This document shows positions 47,390 to 58,057 of a DNA stretch of 64,000 nucleotides, one piece after another (the stretch's first letter is position 1; the number at the start of each line of letters is the position of its first letter). The notes beneath the pieces are model-generated. The model had not been told where the DNA came from, did not search any database, and saw nothing but the letters and a program-made list of their open reading frames with translations. Where the stretch lies: positions 61,457 to 125,456 of the forward strand of contig DASYTJ010000012.1 of assembly GCA_036002325.1 (NCBI GenBank), given 5' to 3'. Position numbers and translations under genes: made by a program. The stretch is from Thermoanaerobaculia bacterium (GTDB taxonomy: Bacteria > Acidobacteriota > Thermoanaerobaculia > Multivoradales > UBA5704).

Positions 47390-50300
47390 TCAACGGCCGC
47401 CGGCTCCTCCCGCAGTGACCGCCGCCCCGGGAGCCGCGACGGGGACCATCGGCTGGCGGCCGCCGGAGATCGCCCAGATATGGTCGCGCAACGCCGTCGA
47501 GACCTTGTCCGCATCGGCAAGCCAGGCGTTCATCTCCGCCTCGGAGGAGAACCACCGGAGGATCTGCTGCTTCTGGGCGGCGAAGGCCGGCGAGGCGAGC
47601 TGGAACGGCACGGGGGACACGAGCTTGCCGGAGGGATCTCGCGAGAAGAAGTTCGGCATCCGCGTGCTCGGCACCCAGGCTTGCGGATCCTGAATCCACA
47701 ACGGCACCCAATCGTAGCGCAGGCGGTCGTGGGCCATCAGCAGCGATGGCGCCAAATCCCCCGAGGCCGCCGCCGCCGAAACCGGCGCGGTCGGATGGCA
47801 GCGCGCGCACTGCAGCATGCCGAACACCACGCCGCCCACGGCGAGGCTCCGCGGATCGGGTGCCGGCGGCTCGGAGAGGAAAGGCGAGCGCTGCTCGCGG
47901 GCCTGGAAATAGGAGATGACGGTGTTGGCCTGGTCGTCCGTGAAGCCGAACGTCGGCATGCGGACGGTGAGCCACGGCCGCATCTTCACCCGGCTCGGGT
48001 CGTGCAGATAGCTGAACAGCCAGTCGCCCTGCACGCGCGCCCCTTCGGCGGCGAGGTTCGGCGGCAACGAGGCTTCGTTGTCGCCGAGCAGGCTCTTGAT
48101 GGCGCGGCCGTGCCCCTCGATCAGGTGGCAGCCCTGGCAGTTGTAGCGGGTGATCAGCTTGCGCCCCTCGGCGAGCGCCGCCGTCCGCGCGTCGTTGCCG
48201 GCGCGGCGGGGCGCGAGCGCCGATTCCTTGGTGAAGCCCATGACGTTGGCGAGCACCGCCGTGGCCTCGCGCTGCGACATGCCGAAGTTCGGCATCTTGA
48301 GCAGCTCGTTGTAATCCTTGGCGGCCTCCTTGCCTTCGTCCCACATCCGCGGCCGCAGCAGCTTGTTGAACACCCAGTCCTGCCGCGTGTGCGGCACTTC
48401 GTGAACGTGGCCGAAGTCGAGCTGGTGGAGCGGCTTCGAGCCCTCCTGCGTCAGCTCGGTGCCGATCGGCTTGGTGTTCTCGAAGCCCTTGATGTCGTGG
48501 CAGCCGTAGCAGCCATACTTGGCGATCGTCTGCTCGCCGAGATAGACGTTGCGCTCGGCCTCTGACATGGCGGCGAGCTTGGCGCGGCTGCGATCCATGG
48601 TGTAGAGGTTCTGGAGATAGCCGAGCGCCAGCTCGTCGCGCACGCCGCGGTCGACGGCCGGCAAGGCCGCGTTCTCGTACGCGCGGTTGTGGTTCGGCGC
48701 GTCGAGCAGGTACGCCGTGATGTCCGCCGCCTCCTGATCGGTCAGGCGGAGGTTCGGCATGTTGGTGTCGGGGAAGTACTGCTTCGGGTTCCTGATCCAG
48801 GCGTAGAGCCAGCCGCGCGACACCTTGCTGCCGGTGTTGACCAGGTTCGGGCCGTGCAGGCGGTTGATCAGAGGAAAGAAATCGTCGCGCTTGGCCTTGG
48901 CGTCGAGGAGATGGCAGCCGCCGCAGCCCACAGTCTCGAAGAGCTGCTTGCCGTGCGCCGGATCGCCCATCGGCACGGCCACGTCGTCGTAGACCGGCCG
49001 CTCCGACTTCGCCCACAGGTAGGAGACGATGCCGTTGATCTCCGCCTGCTGCCGCTTCAGGTTGGCCGGCGTGGTGGTGTTCTCCTGGTTGAAGAAGTGG
49101 GGCATCCAGGTCGTGGGATGGAAGTTGCGCGGCGCCTCGATCCACTTGTAGGCCCAGCCGGGATTCGTCTTGCCGGCGAGGCGCAGCAACGAAGGGCCCG
49201 CCTTGCGCAGGCCCGTGAAGCCCGGCAGGTTGATGTTGTGGCAGCCGTAGCAGCCCATGTGCGCGATCAGCTCGCGCCCCACCTCCTGCTCGTCCGACTT
49301 CGGCGTCCAGACGCCGCTGGCGTGACAGCCGACGCAGCCGGACTCGGCGAGGTTGGCCGGCAGGATGGGGTAGTCGAGGAACTGCGGCTGCGACCAGCCC
49401 CACTTCCGCTGCCACTCCCCCTTCTTCTCCTCCCAGGCCTTCTTCGACGCCTCGTCGTGAGCCTGCAGCAACGGCAGGTTGTGGCCGGCGCGGGCGAATT
49501 CGGTGGCGCGGTCGAGGCCGCCGTGGCAGATGGTGCAGCCGAAGCGGCTGTAGGGGTGGGGCGAGGAGTCGCCCACGAACAGGTCGATCCGCGGATGGCT
49601 GCGGAACGGCTCCGGCCACTCCACCTCTTTGGTGTTCGGGTCGTCCAGGAAGCCCGGACGGTTCGCCGCCACGTGGCAGGTCATGCAGCGGTCGACGCGG
49701 TCGATGTTGGTGAAGTTGATGTTCTGGTAGAGCCCCGGCAGGATGACCTGCTCGACCTTGAGGCTCGGCTTCAGGAAATCCATCAGCGGCGCGTTGAGGA
49801 GGAAGTAGTCGACCCCTTTGCCGAGGCTGGCGATGCGCGTCTCGATATTTTCGACGCCGCTCTGCAGGTCCTTGAGTTTCTTCTCCGCGCCGGTGAGCAG
49901 CGCCTGCTTGTCGGCCAGCCGGCGCTGCGCGTCGTCGAGGCCGTCCTGCGCCTCCTCCTTCTTGTGCTGGGCGTCGATGAACGCCTTCCGCGCCTCCTCG
50001 TAGTCCTCTGCCGCCGCCGCCGCGGCGCCCTTGTCGCCCGTCTGCAGCGCCGTGTCGTACTGGAACTTGTAGGCGTCGGAGCGCGCCTTGGCGCCCTTCC
50101 ACGCCGTATCGGCGATGTTGTACTGGGTCTTGCGGTCCTTGATCTCGTCCTCCAGCTTGTCGAGATCCTGGCGGTGCTGGTCGAGCTCCGCCTGCGCCCG
50201 CTGAATCTCCTGCTTGAGCTGCGCGAGGTCGTTCTGGTTCAGCCGCTGCTTCTCCGCCTCGGCCTCCTTCTCCAGCTTCTGCCGCTCCAGGCTGCGGAAC

Positions 50301-50461
50301 TCCGACTGGATCCGCTTCCACGGCTGCGCGTAGTCCGCGAAGGCCATCCACAGCGTCACCGCCAGCAGCGCGAGGGAGCTGATGGCGAACCACATGTTCA
50401 TACGGCCGAAGTTGTAGTGGCGGTCGGGACGCTTCTCAGGCGGTGTAGTGGGCGGTGTCAA
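47390..50461 (-). CDS. Octaheme c-type cytochrome with N-terminal TM anchor and coiled-coil
   Basis: 1023 aa; eight CxxCH motifs (CMTCH, CTICH, CVGCH, CYGCH, CGGCH, CYGCH, CQGCH, CARCH). Confidence 0.8.
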   Translation of the reverse strand: MTPPTTPPEKRPDRHYNFGRMNMWFAISSLALLAVTLWMAFADYAQPWKRIQSEFRSLERQKLEKEAEAEKQRLNQNDLAQLKQEIQRAQAELDQHRQDLDKLEDEIKDRKTQYNIADTAWKGAKARSDAYKFQYDTALQTGDKGAAAAAAEDYEEARKAFIDAQHKKEEAQDGLDDAQRRLADKQALLTGAEKKLKDLQSGVENIETRIASLGKGVDYFLLNAPLMDFLKPSLKVEQVILPGLYQNINFTNIDRVDRCMTCHVAANRPGFLDDPNTKEVEWPEPFRSHPRIDLFVGDSSPHPYSRFGCTICHGGLDRATEFARAGHNLPLLQAHDEASKKAWEEKKGEWQRKWGWSQPQFLDYPILPANLAESGCVGCHASGVWTPKSDEQEVGRELIAHMGCYGCHNINLPGFTGLRKAGPSLLRLAGKTNPGWAYKWIEAPRNFHPTTWMPHFFNQENTTTPANLKRQQAEINGIVSYLWAKSERPVYDDVAVPMGDPAHGKQLFETVGCGGCHLLDAKAKRDDFFPLINRLHGPNLVNTGSKVSRGWLYAWIRNPKQYFPDTNMPNLRLTDQEAADITAYLLDAPNHNRAYENAALPAVDRGVRDELALGYLQNLYTMDRSRAKLAAMSEAERNVYLGEQTIAKYGCYGCHDIKGFENTKPIGTELTQEGSKPLHQLDFGHVHEVPHTRQDWVFNKLLRPRMWDEGKEAAKDYNELLKMPNFGMSQREATAVLANVMGFTKESALAPRRAGNDARTAALAEGRKLITRYNCQGCHLIEGHGRAIKSLLGDNEASLPPNLAAEGARVQGDWLFSYLHDPSRVKMRPWLTVRMPTFGFTDDQANTVISYFQAREQRSPFLSEPPAPDPRSLAVGGVVFGMLQCARCHPTAPVSAAAASGDLAPSLLMAHDRLRYDWVPLWIQDPQAWVPSTRMPNFFSRDPSGKLVSPVPFQLASPAFAAQKQQILRWFSSEAEMNAWLADADKVSTALRDHIWAISGGRQPMVPVAAPGAAVTAGGAGGR

Positions 50462-50476
50462 CGTGGAGCTCCTGTG

Positions 50477-51556
50477 CTAGATATTGAAGAAGTACTCCTG
50501 GACGTGGACGAAATACTTGAGGTTGAACAGCCAGCGGCAGTACATCTTGATCGGCAGCAGCATCATGAACAGGAACAGCGTCACGCCGACGTAGTAGCGG
50601 GGCGGCCCCATCTTCTCGTAATACTTCTTGAACCATTTGGTACGGCGCAGCAGCACCGGCAGGCCGATGAAGTAGAAGCCGATGAGCAGGATGCCCGGCA
50701 GCTCGCGCACGAACCAGTTGCCGGGCAGGCCGACGTTCAACAGCTTGATCCAGAAGTACTCCGAGAGGTCGACGTTGACCAGCGCCTCGACCTTGTTCTG
50801 GTCCCAGAACTCGTACGGCCCGAAGAAGTTCCAGTTGGGGCCGCGCAGGAAGGTGCCGATGACGATCATCTGGCTCCACAGCACCAGCCAGCCGAAGAAG
50901 AAGAGCGTGATCTCCACCTTGCGCTCGCGGAAGGTGTAGTAGCCGTTGCCCTTCGGGTTGGTGTCGATGTAGGGGATCGCCATCAGCCCGAGGATGATGA
51001 GCCCCGGCAGCACGACGCCGGCGAGCCAGGGGTCGAAGTAGACGAGCATCTCCTGCAGGCCGAGGAAGTACCACGGTGCCTTCGAAGGGTTCGGCGCCAG
51101 CGCCGGGTTCGCCGGCTCCTCCAGCGGCGCCCTCAGGACGATCGACCAGACGACCATCACGACCGTCAGGATCACCATGCAGATGAACTCGGAGAAGACG
51201 AGGTCCGGCCAGGTGAAGATGCGGTCCTCCACCTCGGTGGTCTCGAACAGCGGCTCGCCGTTGGCGGTCCGCGCGTCGTTGGCGGTGGCCTTGCTCATCG
51301 CGAACCAGACGAAGAAGCCCACCAGGAAGACCATCATCACGATCGGCACGTTGTCCGGCTTGGCCACGATCGAACGGAAGTTCGGATCGAGCAGCGAGGC
51401 GAGGAAGTAGGCGGTGCCGGCCGCCAGCAGGATGAGGCCCCCCCGCTTCGTCCACAGCCGCTTCGACCGCAGCATGAGGATGAAGAGGATCACCGACAGG
51501 GTGAACGACCAGTAGGGATACGCGAGGACGTTGATGGCTTGCTTGATGAAGTCCAT
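50477..51556 (-). CDS. Cytochrome b C-terminal domain protein (subunit IV-like, extended)
   Basis: 359 aa polytopic; PEWY-type motif [11 protein letters not shown]. Confidence 0.75.
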   Translation of the reverse strand: MDFIKQAINVLAYPYWSFTLSVILFILMLRSKRLWTKRGGLILLAAGTAYFLASLLDPNFRSIVAKPDNVPIVMMVFLVGFFVWFAMSKATANDARTANGEPLFETTEVEDRIFTWPDLVFSEFICMVILTVVMVVWSIVLRAPLEEPANPALAPNPSKAPWYFLGLQEMLVYFDPWLAGVVLPGLIILGLMAIPYIDTNPKGNGYYTFRERKVEITLFFFGWLVLWSQMIVIGTFLRGPNWNFFGPYEFWDQNKVEALVNVDLSEYFWIKLLNVGLPGNWFVRELPGILLIGFYFIGLPVLLRRTKWFKKYYEKMGPPRYYVGVTLFLFMMLLPIKMYCRWLFNLKYFVHVQEYFFNI

Positions 51557-51577
51557 GGCTGTCTCCGCCCTCCTCGA

Positions 51578-52357
51578 CTACATGGGCCCCGAGATGCCGC
51601 CGTCCTTGCGGACGCGCCAGAAGTGGACGGCGATCAGGAACGCCGCTACCAGCGGAATCCCCACACAGTGCAGCACGTAGAAGCGGATCAGCGTGGCGTT
51701 GCCGATCGTGCGGCCGCCGATCAGCGCGAAGCGTGCGTCGCTGCCGGCGTGGATCAGACGTTGCCCCCCCAGCTTGAGGAGGGCGGCACCCGGTCCCTCG
51801 TTGCCTAACAGCGGTGTCGCCCGCGCCATGTTGGAGCCCACGGTGATCGCCCAGATGGCGAGCTGGTCCCAGGGCAGCAGGTAGCCGGTGAAGGAGAGCA
51901 GCAGGGTCAGCACCAGCAGGATGACGCCGACGTTCCAGTTGAACTCGCGGGGCGGCTTGTAGGAGCCGGTCATGAAGACGCGGAACATGTGCAGCCAGAC
52001 CGCGATCACCATGGCGTGGGCGCCCCAGCGATGCAGCTCGCGCATGATGCCGAAGGCGGCGGCCTCGCGCAGGTCAACGATGTCCACGAAGGCGTACTCC
52101 ACGGACGGCCGGTAGTAGAACATCAGCAGCAGTCCGGTGATCGTCTCGACGAGGAACAGGAAGAACGCCGTTCCCCCCATGCACCAGGTGTAGCTCATCC
52201 GGATGCCGGACTTCTTCACCTTGATCGGGTGCAGGTGAAGCACCACGTTGCCGAGCATGGCGAGGGCGCGCTTGCGGTTGTCCGTCGGGATGCCCACCCG
52301 AAAGATGGACCTCCAGATCTGTGACTTGGTGACGCTCTTGGACAGGTTGCCGATCAT
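51578..52357 (-). CDS. Cytochrome b N-terminal domain (b6-like, heme-binding)
   Basis: 259 aa; His ligand pairs in helices B and D (HRWGAH...H, HCVGIP...HFWRVR); [11 protein letters not shown]. Confidence 0.8.
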   Translation of the reverse strand: MIGNLSKSVTKSQIWRSIFRVGIPTDNRKRALAMLGNVVLHLHPIKVKKSGIRMSYTWCMGGTAFFLFLVETITGLLLMFYYRPSVEYAFVDIVDLREAAAFGIMRELHRWGAHAMVIAVWLHMFRVFMTGSYKPPREFNWNVGVILLVLTLLLSFTGYLLPWDQLAIWAITVGSNMARATPLLGNEGPGAALLKLGGQRLIHAGSDARFALIGGRTIGNATLIRFYVLHCVGIPLVAAFLIAVHFWRVRKDGGISGPM

Positions 52358-52373
52358 GAGTCCTCTTTCGTGG

Positions 52374-53060
52374 TCAGGCGGCCGGGATGAAGGCGTTGGG
52401 GTCTTCCCACTGCCCCAGCTCCCATTGGAACTTCTGCGACTTGTCGACGACGATCTGGCCGTCGTCGGGGCTGATGAAGATGCGCGCGCGCTCCAGCGGC
52501 CGCGGCGTCGGCCCCTCGAAGTTGACGCCGCTCTTGTAGTAGCCGCTGCCGTGGCAGGGGCACTTGAACTTGTTCTGCGTCTCCAGCCAGGCAGGCGGGC
52601 AGCCCAAGTGGGTGCAGATGGCGATCAACGCGTAGATCCGCCCCTGGTCGTGGACGATCCACACGCCATACTTGTCGACGAAACGTGTATCCACCACGCC
52701 CGCCTGAAAGTCCTCCGGCTTGCCGACCTTGAAGCTGGTCGGCGGCTCGAACAGCACGTTGGGGAACATGAAGCGGGTCATCGCTGTGACGCAGCCGCCG
52801 ATCGCCACCGTGAAGCCGACCCAGGCCACGGCGGCCCAGGAGAAGAAACCGCGGCGCGTCATGTCCGCCGCGGCGGCCGGCTTGGCCGCCGGCGCAGGTT
52901 TGGGCGCAGGTTTGGTGGCGGGAGAGGCAGGCGCGGAAACTGCGGCCGGGCTCGTCACCGGCGAAGCGGACGCAGCCGTAGCTTCCCCGCCGGCCTGGGC
53001 GCTGGGCGCCTGTGGAGCGGTCGGTTGGGACGGAGGGCTGCCTTCGGGTTCGTCAGCCAT
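52374..53060 (-). CDS. Rieske [2Fe-2S] iron-sulfur protein
   Basis: CTHLGC...CPCHGS boxes; N-terminal Ala/Pro-rich region and TM. Confidence 0.8.
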   Translation of the reverse strand: MADEPEGSPPSQPTAPQAPSAQAGGEATAASASPVTSPAAVSAPASPATKPAPKPAPAAKPAAAADMTRRGFFSWAAVAWVGFTVAIGGCVTAMTRFMFPNVLFEPPTSFKVGKPEDFQAGVVDTRFVDKYGVWIVHDQGRIYALIAICTHLGCPPAWLETQNKFKCPCHGSGYYKSGVNFEGPTPRPLERARIFISPDDGQIVVDKSQKFQWELGQWEDPNAFIPAA

Positions 53061-53155
53061 GGGGCCCCTTTCGTTACGACGATTCGGCTACCTCGGAGTA
53101 CATCTTTTGCGACTCTTTATGGGCTGCGCTGTTCTAAGCGAAACGCCGTAAGGTG

Positions 53156-54040
53156 TCAAGAGCGTCCTCGCGCGTCAACCGCCTGGCGGGCCTCGATCGC
53201 CGCCTGGCGGACCTTGAGGCTGGGGTCGTCCTTGGCGAGGGCCTCGAACGTCGGCCGATAGCGCACGCCTCCGACCACGGCTAGCGCTCGTATGGCGCTC
53301 ACCATCGCTTCCTCCTGCTGCTCGCGGGTGATGTCGGGTACCTGTGTGAGCAGCCGGCGATCCACCATGGTCTCCAGCACCGGCAGCCCGGCGTCGCTCC
53401 CCAGGCGGGCGAGCGCCAGGGCGGCGTTCCAGCGCACGTCGGCCGCCGCGTCGTCGAGCGCCGCCGTCAGGCGAGGTACGGCGGCGCGGTCGCCCATCTC
53501 GCCGAGGGCGAAAGCGGCGATCTTGCGCAAACCCGGGTCTTGATCCTCCAGCGCGGTCTCGAGGGCCGCCCGGCCGCGTGGATCGCCCAGCGTGCCGAGC
53601 GCCCAGAGGGCGTAGATGCGGGTCTTGTCGTCGGGATCCTGGAGCGCTGCGAGCAGCAGGGGCACGGCCTCGCGATCGCGCGTCCGGCCCAGCACCAGAG
53701 CCAGGTATTGCCGCATCTCCGGTTCTCTGGTTTCGAGGAAGAGCCGCCGCACCTCCTGCTTCGCGCCGGACTCTTCATCGAGCGCCCGGGGATCGGAGAC
53801 CAGGATCTTCGACAGCTCGTAAGCCGCCTGTACCCGCCGCGGCTTCCACCACGACTGCAGGTCGTTGACATAGTCGCCGGTCGTCTGCCGATCGTAGGCG
53901 ATCCAGCCAAAGCCGATGAAGACGGCGACGCAGAGAATGACGACCAGCAGCGGGACGATGAAGAGGCCGAGGAACGAGCGCAGAGCGCCGCTCCCGGCCT
54001 CTTCGCTTACTTCCTCGGGGGGTACCTCCGGTTCGGACAT
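53156..54040 (-). CDS. HEAT-repeat (PBS lyase-like) protein with N-terminal TM anchor
   Basis: Repeated AVPLLLAALQDPDDKTRIYALWALGTLGD / AVPRLTAALDDAAADVRWNAALALARLG units. Confidence 0.65.
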   Translation of the reverse strand: MSEPEVPPEEVSEEAGSGALRSFLGLFIVPLLVVILCVAVFIGFGWIAYDRQTTGDYVNDLQSWWKPRRVQAAYELSKILVSDPRALDEESGAKQEVRRLFLETREPEMRQYLALVLGRTRDREAVPLLLAALQDPDDKTRIYALWALGTLGDPRGRAALETALEDQDPGLRKIAAFALGEMGDRAAVPRLTAALDDAAADVRWNAALALARLGSDAGLPVLETMVDRRLLTQVPDITREQQEEAMVSAIRALAVVGGVRYRPTFEALAKDDPSLKVRQAAIEARQAVDARGRS

Positions 54041-54091
54041 CGGGAGCTCAGCATAGCCGAACGGCGGATCGGCTGCCAGGGAGTTCAGAGG

Positions 54092-54895
54092 TCAAGCCGG
54101 CTCGCCCGCGAGGCGGGCCCTGAAGCGGCGCCATACGTCGGAGATCCCGCCTCCCGCCGCGCCGCCGCCGAGCAGGACGTCGAAGCGGGCCGGTTCGCGG
54201 GCGAGCGACTCCGTGGCCAGCGCCTCGAGCGCTGCGTCGAGGGCGTCCTCCAGCACGGCCGTCCAGTCGCTCGCGCCCATGCCGGCGTCTCCCGTCGGGA
54301 TCTCCTCGCCGAAGCGGGCCAGGATTTCCGGTAGCTGCTCTTCCCAGAAAGGGACTTCCAGGGCGAGCGGCAGCAGAACGGCTTGACGTGCTCGCGCCGC
54401 GAGATGGCCGATTCCTGAACGTACGCGGACGGGCCGCTCGCGCGGATCGGTGAAGCGCCCCTCGGCGGGTATCCACAAGGCCGAATCGGGCCGCGAGAGG
54501 ATCTCCCGCGAGAGGGTGAGAAAGCGCCGCGCGCCGCGCGCCGTGGCGGGGTCGACGCCGATGAAGCCCATGCGTTCGAAGAAACGGTACCGGTTGATAC
54601 CCGCATCGATCGGGCCATAGTGCCGGCGGTCGGGAAAGAGATGTGCCGCGAGCTGCAGACAGATCAGCGGATCCCACCACGAAGGGTGGTTGAGATAGAT
54701 GATCAGCGGCTTGCCGCGGGCGGCCACGAGATCCGGCCGTTGCGCTTTGGAGAGGCGGAGGGTGTTGAAGTGCCGGGCGAGATGACGCTCGCTGTAGCCT
54801 CCGAAGAGAGAAACGAGCAGCGGCGAGACCTCGTTCGCCTTGCGTGACCGCTCCTGCCGGCTTTCCGGCGGTCGCTTCTTGTCCGCCTCATCCAT
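54092..54895 (-). CDS. Lysophospholipid acyltransferase (PlsC/LPLAT family)
   Basis: NHPSWWD (HX4D acyltransferase motif), IPAEGR. Confidence 0.65.
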   Translation of the reverse strand: MDEADKKRPPESRQERSRKANEVSPLLVSLFGGYSERHLARHFNTLRLSKAQRPDLVAARGKPLIIYLNHPSWWDPLICLQLAAHLFPDRRHYGPIDAGINRYRFFERMGFIGVDPATARGARRFLTLSREILSRPDSALWIPAEGRFTDPRERPVRVRSGIGHLAARARQAVLLPLALEVPFWEEQLPEILARFGEEIPTGDAGMGASDWTAVLEDALDAALEALATESLAREPARFDVLLGGGAAGGGISDVWRRFRARLAGEPA

Positions 54896-54910
54896 CGTTA
54901 CAGTCTACTG

Positions 54911-55708
54911 CTAGGAGGGTGCCTCCATGGTGAACGGCCGCAGATTCAGCTTCACCTGATGCTGGGGGGCCGCCGTTCCCGACGGCGAGGTGCCGTGGAA
55001 GTAGTGCCTCTGCCACTGGGTCTCCACGACTGTAGGATCGCGGCGTTGCAACCCTTCGTTGAAGCGTTCCCGTTCGCTGCTCCACCGGCGGTAGGCCAGC
55101 TCTAGGTCCGGATCGCTCGCGATGGCGCGCACCGCCGGGTCGAATCGTTCGAGGTCGTAACGCGGTTGCGGCACGATCATCGCGACCGGAAAGCCCTTGG
55201 GGAAGACTACCTCGCAGTCCGGCCGCGTCAACTGCCAGTTCATGGTGAACGTGGCGACCGACCAGTCCGCCTCGACGATCCCCTCGAGCGGCGAGGCGCC
55301 GTCCAGCGGCCAGTTGGCCGGTCCGCGCACCAGGAGGTTGTAGCCGGGAGGCGTACGGAAGAGATAGGGAATGTGCCAGGTGAGGATCCCCGAGCCGAAA
55401 TGACTTCCGGCGACCGCCGGCGGCCCGGCGGGATCAGACAATACCTGGACATCCTCTTTCCTCACGCCGCCGTTCCATCTGGCACGGACCTCGGCCCCGG
55501 CGGTGATGGACCAGCCGGCCTGATTGGCGACGACCATGGGAAGGCAGCGATAGGCGAATCGCTCGGGAGTGTGGTCCATCCAAGGGCGATGGTAGGCCGC
55601 CGGCACGACGTCGAATGGCCCGCCGGAAACCCGGTAAGCCGTGAGCGCCGGACGGGGCTGATCGGGGTGCGCAGCTTCAGCAGGGGAAGGGCCCATAGCA
55701 TCCTCCAC
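54911..55708 (-). CDS. Hypothetical conserved protein (DUF-type)
   Basis: 265 aa, non-repetitive, good coding periodicity; no catalytic motif recognised. Confidence 0.4.
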   Translation of the reverse strand: MEDAMGPSPAEAAHPDQPRPALTAYRVSGGPFDVVPAAYHRPWMDHTPERFAYRCLPMVVANQAGWSITAGAEVRARWNGGVRKEDVQVLSDPAGPPAVAGSHFGSGILTWHIPYLFRTPPGYNLLVRGPANWPLDGASPLEGIVEADWSVATFTMNWQLTRPDCEVVFPKGFPVAMIVPQPRYDLERFDPAVRAIASDPDLELAYRRWSSERERFNEGLQRRDPTVVETQWQRHYFHGTSPSGTAAPQHQVKLNLRPFTMEAPS

Positions 55709-55757
55709 TTCTCGCGGACTTACGGTCCGCCGTAAATGTACGACAGTCTGGGGAAGG

Positions 55758-56387
55758 CTAGATGAATAGGCGCTGCAGCCAACCTCTCCAACCTGTGAAG
55801 AGATTCGGCTTCTCGATGCGGAAGAGGATCCAGCACTCCTCGTCGGGCTCGGTCAGCGGGCGATGGCGGGTCCCTGGGGCATAGGAGGCGAAGGAGCCGG
55901 CTTCAAAGGTCCCGAAGTGATCAGCGTAGCCGCCGGCCAGGACGAGCACGTCTTCAGGCCCTTGATGCAGATGCTCGGGAAAGAATCGCCGGGCGGGCAT
56001 GTGGCCGGCGTAAAGGGCGCTTCCGGAAAGCGGATCGCGGAGGAGCGCAGCGTAACGAGCGCCGCGTGCCGGCAGAGGCCGCCAGCGGACCGTGCCGAGC
56101 TCCGGCAGCTCGCGCCGCGATCCCGCGGGCAGAGGGATCTCCGCCAGGAGCGGGCACTCGGTCACCGGCTGAGAAGTGGCGATCCGCGCCTGCAGGCGCT
56201 GCCAGAGATCGTCCGGCGGAGGCTCGGCGGGGAGGCTGAAGAGGAAGGCCCCGCCGGAGGCGCTCAGCTCGCCCAACGCGGTGCGGCAGGAGGAGCAGGT
56301 ATCGAGGTGCCCTTCCACCAGCACCCGGTGCGGAAGATCGGCTTGTCCGGAGGCCACGGCGAGCAGGATCTCTTCGGAAGGGTGCAT
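55758..56387 (-). CDS. ChrR-like anti-sigma factor (zinc-binding N-domain plus cupin C-domain)
   Basis: HLDTCSSCR zinc motif, C-terminal cupin-like region; start at MHPSEEILLAV. Confidence 0.55.
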   Translation of the reverse strand: MHPSEEILLAVASGQADLPHRVLVEGHLDTCSSCRTALGELSASGGAFLFSLPAEPPPDDLWQRLQARIATSQPVTECPLLAEIPLPAGSRRELPELGTVRWRPLPARGARYAALLRDPLSGSALYAGHMPARRFFPEHLHQGPEDVLVLAGGYADHFGTFEAGSFASYAPGTRHRPLTEPDEECWILFRIEKPNLFTGWRGWLQRLFI

Positions 56388-56503
56388 GGCGGCGGTCGGC
56401 GTCAGCGGCTTTCCAGCACGGTCACGTGAGCGCACGGAGTCGGCCGGCGTAGACGCTCGCGCTCTCTGCCTCTACGTAAGCATCGGGCGGTTCGGATGAC
56501 GGA

Positions 56504-57067
56504 TCAGAGGACCTCCGCGCCCTGGCTCTCCAGTTCGAGCAGCCAGAGCTTCCGCTTGCAGCCGCCGACGTACTCGCCCAGCCCGCCGTCCTCGGCGATG
56601 ACGCGGTGACAGGGGATCACCACCGGAATCGGATTTTCGCGCAGGATCGCAAGCACCTCAGGGCGGCACTCCGACCGGCCGCAGGCCTCGGCCACCTCTT
56701 GATAGGTGCGAGTCCTGCCGTAGGGGATCTTGGTGGTCTCCCTGAGCACCCGGCGGACGAACGCGGCGACTCCGCACACCGCCAGATCGAATTCCAGGTC
56801 GAGCTTGCGCCGGGCGCCGGCGAAGTACTCGGCAAGCCGGCCGAAGATCTCGTCAAGGGAGTCCGATCCATCGAGAAGGTGGAGTGGCACGAACGACGAG
56901 CGGTCGGGCTCTGCCGGCTCGATCGTCAATCGCGTCAAGGCCGTGCCCAAGAGCTCGACTCCCAGCGATCCAATGGGCGAAGGCATCAGCACCCGCAGGA
57001 AATTCGCCGGGGACTCCGGCACAGGAGTGATCCGCGGCTGGGCTTCCATCACCAAAGAGGTTAGCAC
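56504..57067 (-). CDS. ogt: Methylated-DNA--protein-cysteine methyltransferase
   Basis: IPYGRTRTYQEVAEACG...VVIPCHRVI (PCHR active site). Confidence 0.8.
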   Translation of the reverse strand: MLTSLVMEAQPRITPVPESPANFLRVLMPSPIGSLGVELLGTALTRLTIEPAEPDRSSFVPLHLLDGSDSLDEIFGRLAEYFAGARRKLDLEFDLAVCGVAAFVRRVLRETTKIPYGRTRTYQEVAEACGRSECRPEVLAILRENPIPVVIPCHRVIAEDGGLGEYVGGCKRKLWLLELESQGAEVL

Positions 57068-57300
57068 GGTCAGCGTGTCCAGGTACCCCAGCCGCGCGCC
57101 ACGAAGCCGCTTCTATTACAGCTCTCAAACATTTCCGCGGCAGGCCTCTTTCTTGCCGATTGAGCGGCCGAACGCAAGGTAAAGAGATCTACAAACGGCA
57201 ATAACTCTCCTCAACAGGAAACGGAGCGCTTCGTCCAAATCTTTCGCGACAAAGGACTTACGCTTGCCGAGCGCAGGGTCTCCCGGATACATTCCCCGGC

Positions 57301-57843
57301 GTGCAAATGTTCGACCTGATCGGCGAGACCCTGCGGCGGCTGCGTAAAGAGCGCGGCTTGACGCTGGAGGATCTGCGCACGGCGGCCGGCCTCGGCCGCG
57401 GCCAGCTTTCGCGCATCGAGAACCGCAAGCAGGAGGCGACGCTCTCGACGCTCGCCAAGATTCTCGAGTGCCAGGGAGTGAGCCGGCGCGAGTTCCTCCG
57501 CCGCTACGAGCTCGTGGAGGCGGAGGCTTTGGCGGTCGAGCGCCAGGAATCGGGAGCAAGCGCTGAAAAGGAGGACTGGCCTGAGGAGGTCCGCGCTGTT
57601 CTGAGCAAGGTCGATTCCTTCGTCCACATGACTCTCGACCAGCCGCGCTCGGTCGCTCAAGGGGCCATCGAAATCGGCGATCTGATGGTCCTCTTCCGGG
57701 TAGTTCCGAAGGACGCCGCAGCTCCGCAGGTCAAGCCGAAGGGCGAGACCGGCGAGCTGCTCAAGTCACGCGCGTCGAAGCTCAGGACCGCCGGCAAACC
57801 CGGCCGACCGGCCGCATCTTCCGGCAGGAAAAGGAAGCGTTGA
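57301..57843 (+). CDS. XRE-family helix-turn-helix transcriptional regulator
   Basis: LRKERGLTLEDLRTAAGLGRGQLSRIENRKQEATLSTLAKIL HTH_XRE; basic C-terminal tail. Confidence 0.7.
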   Translation: MQMFDLIGETLRRLRKERGLTLEDLRTAAGLGRGQLSRIENRKQEATLSTLAKILECQGVSRREFLRRYELVEAEALAVERQESGASAEKEDWPEEVRAVLSKVDSFVHMTLDQPRSVAQGAIEIGDLMVLFRVVPKDAAAPQVKPKGETGELLKSRASKLRTAGKPGRPAASSGRKRKR

Positions 57844-58057
57844 CGGGCTTTACTTCCCCCTTCGAGCACCATCCTCTCACACCATCATTCGGCGCCGGAT
57901 CAGGGGCGCAATTGGCCCGATCGGCCACGCTTGACTGTGTTGCGTTTCTTGAACGCGCTACTAATCGCCGTTATCAGATACGGATCTTCGGCTGTAAGTA
58001 TTGTGATTTCAGGTACTTGTGCTTGCATCGTACCCCTGAAGCCGCTACATTTCGCCG

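Noticed and set aside
46500-50393. 1297-aa minus-strand ORF in the track
   Set aside because: Only the 3'-terminal 771 nt (46500-47270) form a real gene with its own RBS and lipoprotein signal. The remainder is an alternative frame running through the octaheme cytochrome gene (47390-50461), which has eight CxxCH motifs and is the real CDS.
48689-51808. 1039-aa plus-strand ORF
   Set aside because: Antisense to the cytochrome c and cytochrome b genes; Arg/Gly/Val-rich low-complexity typical of high-GC antisense frames.
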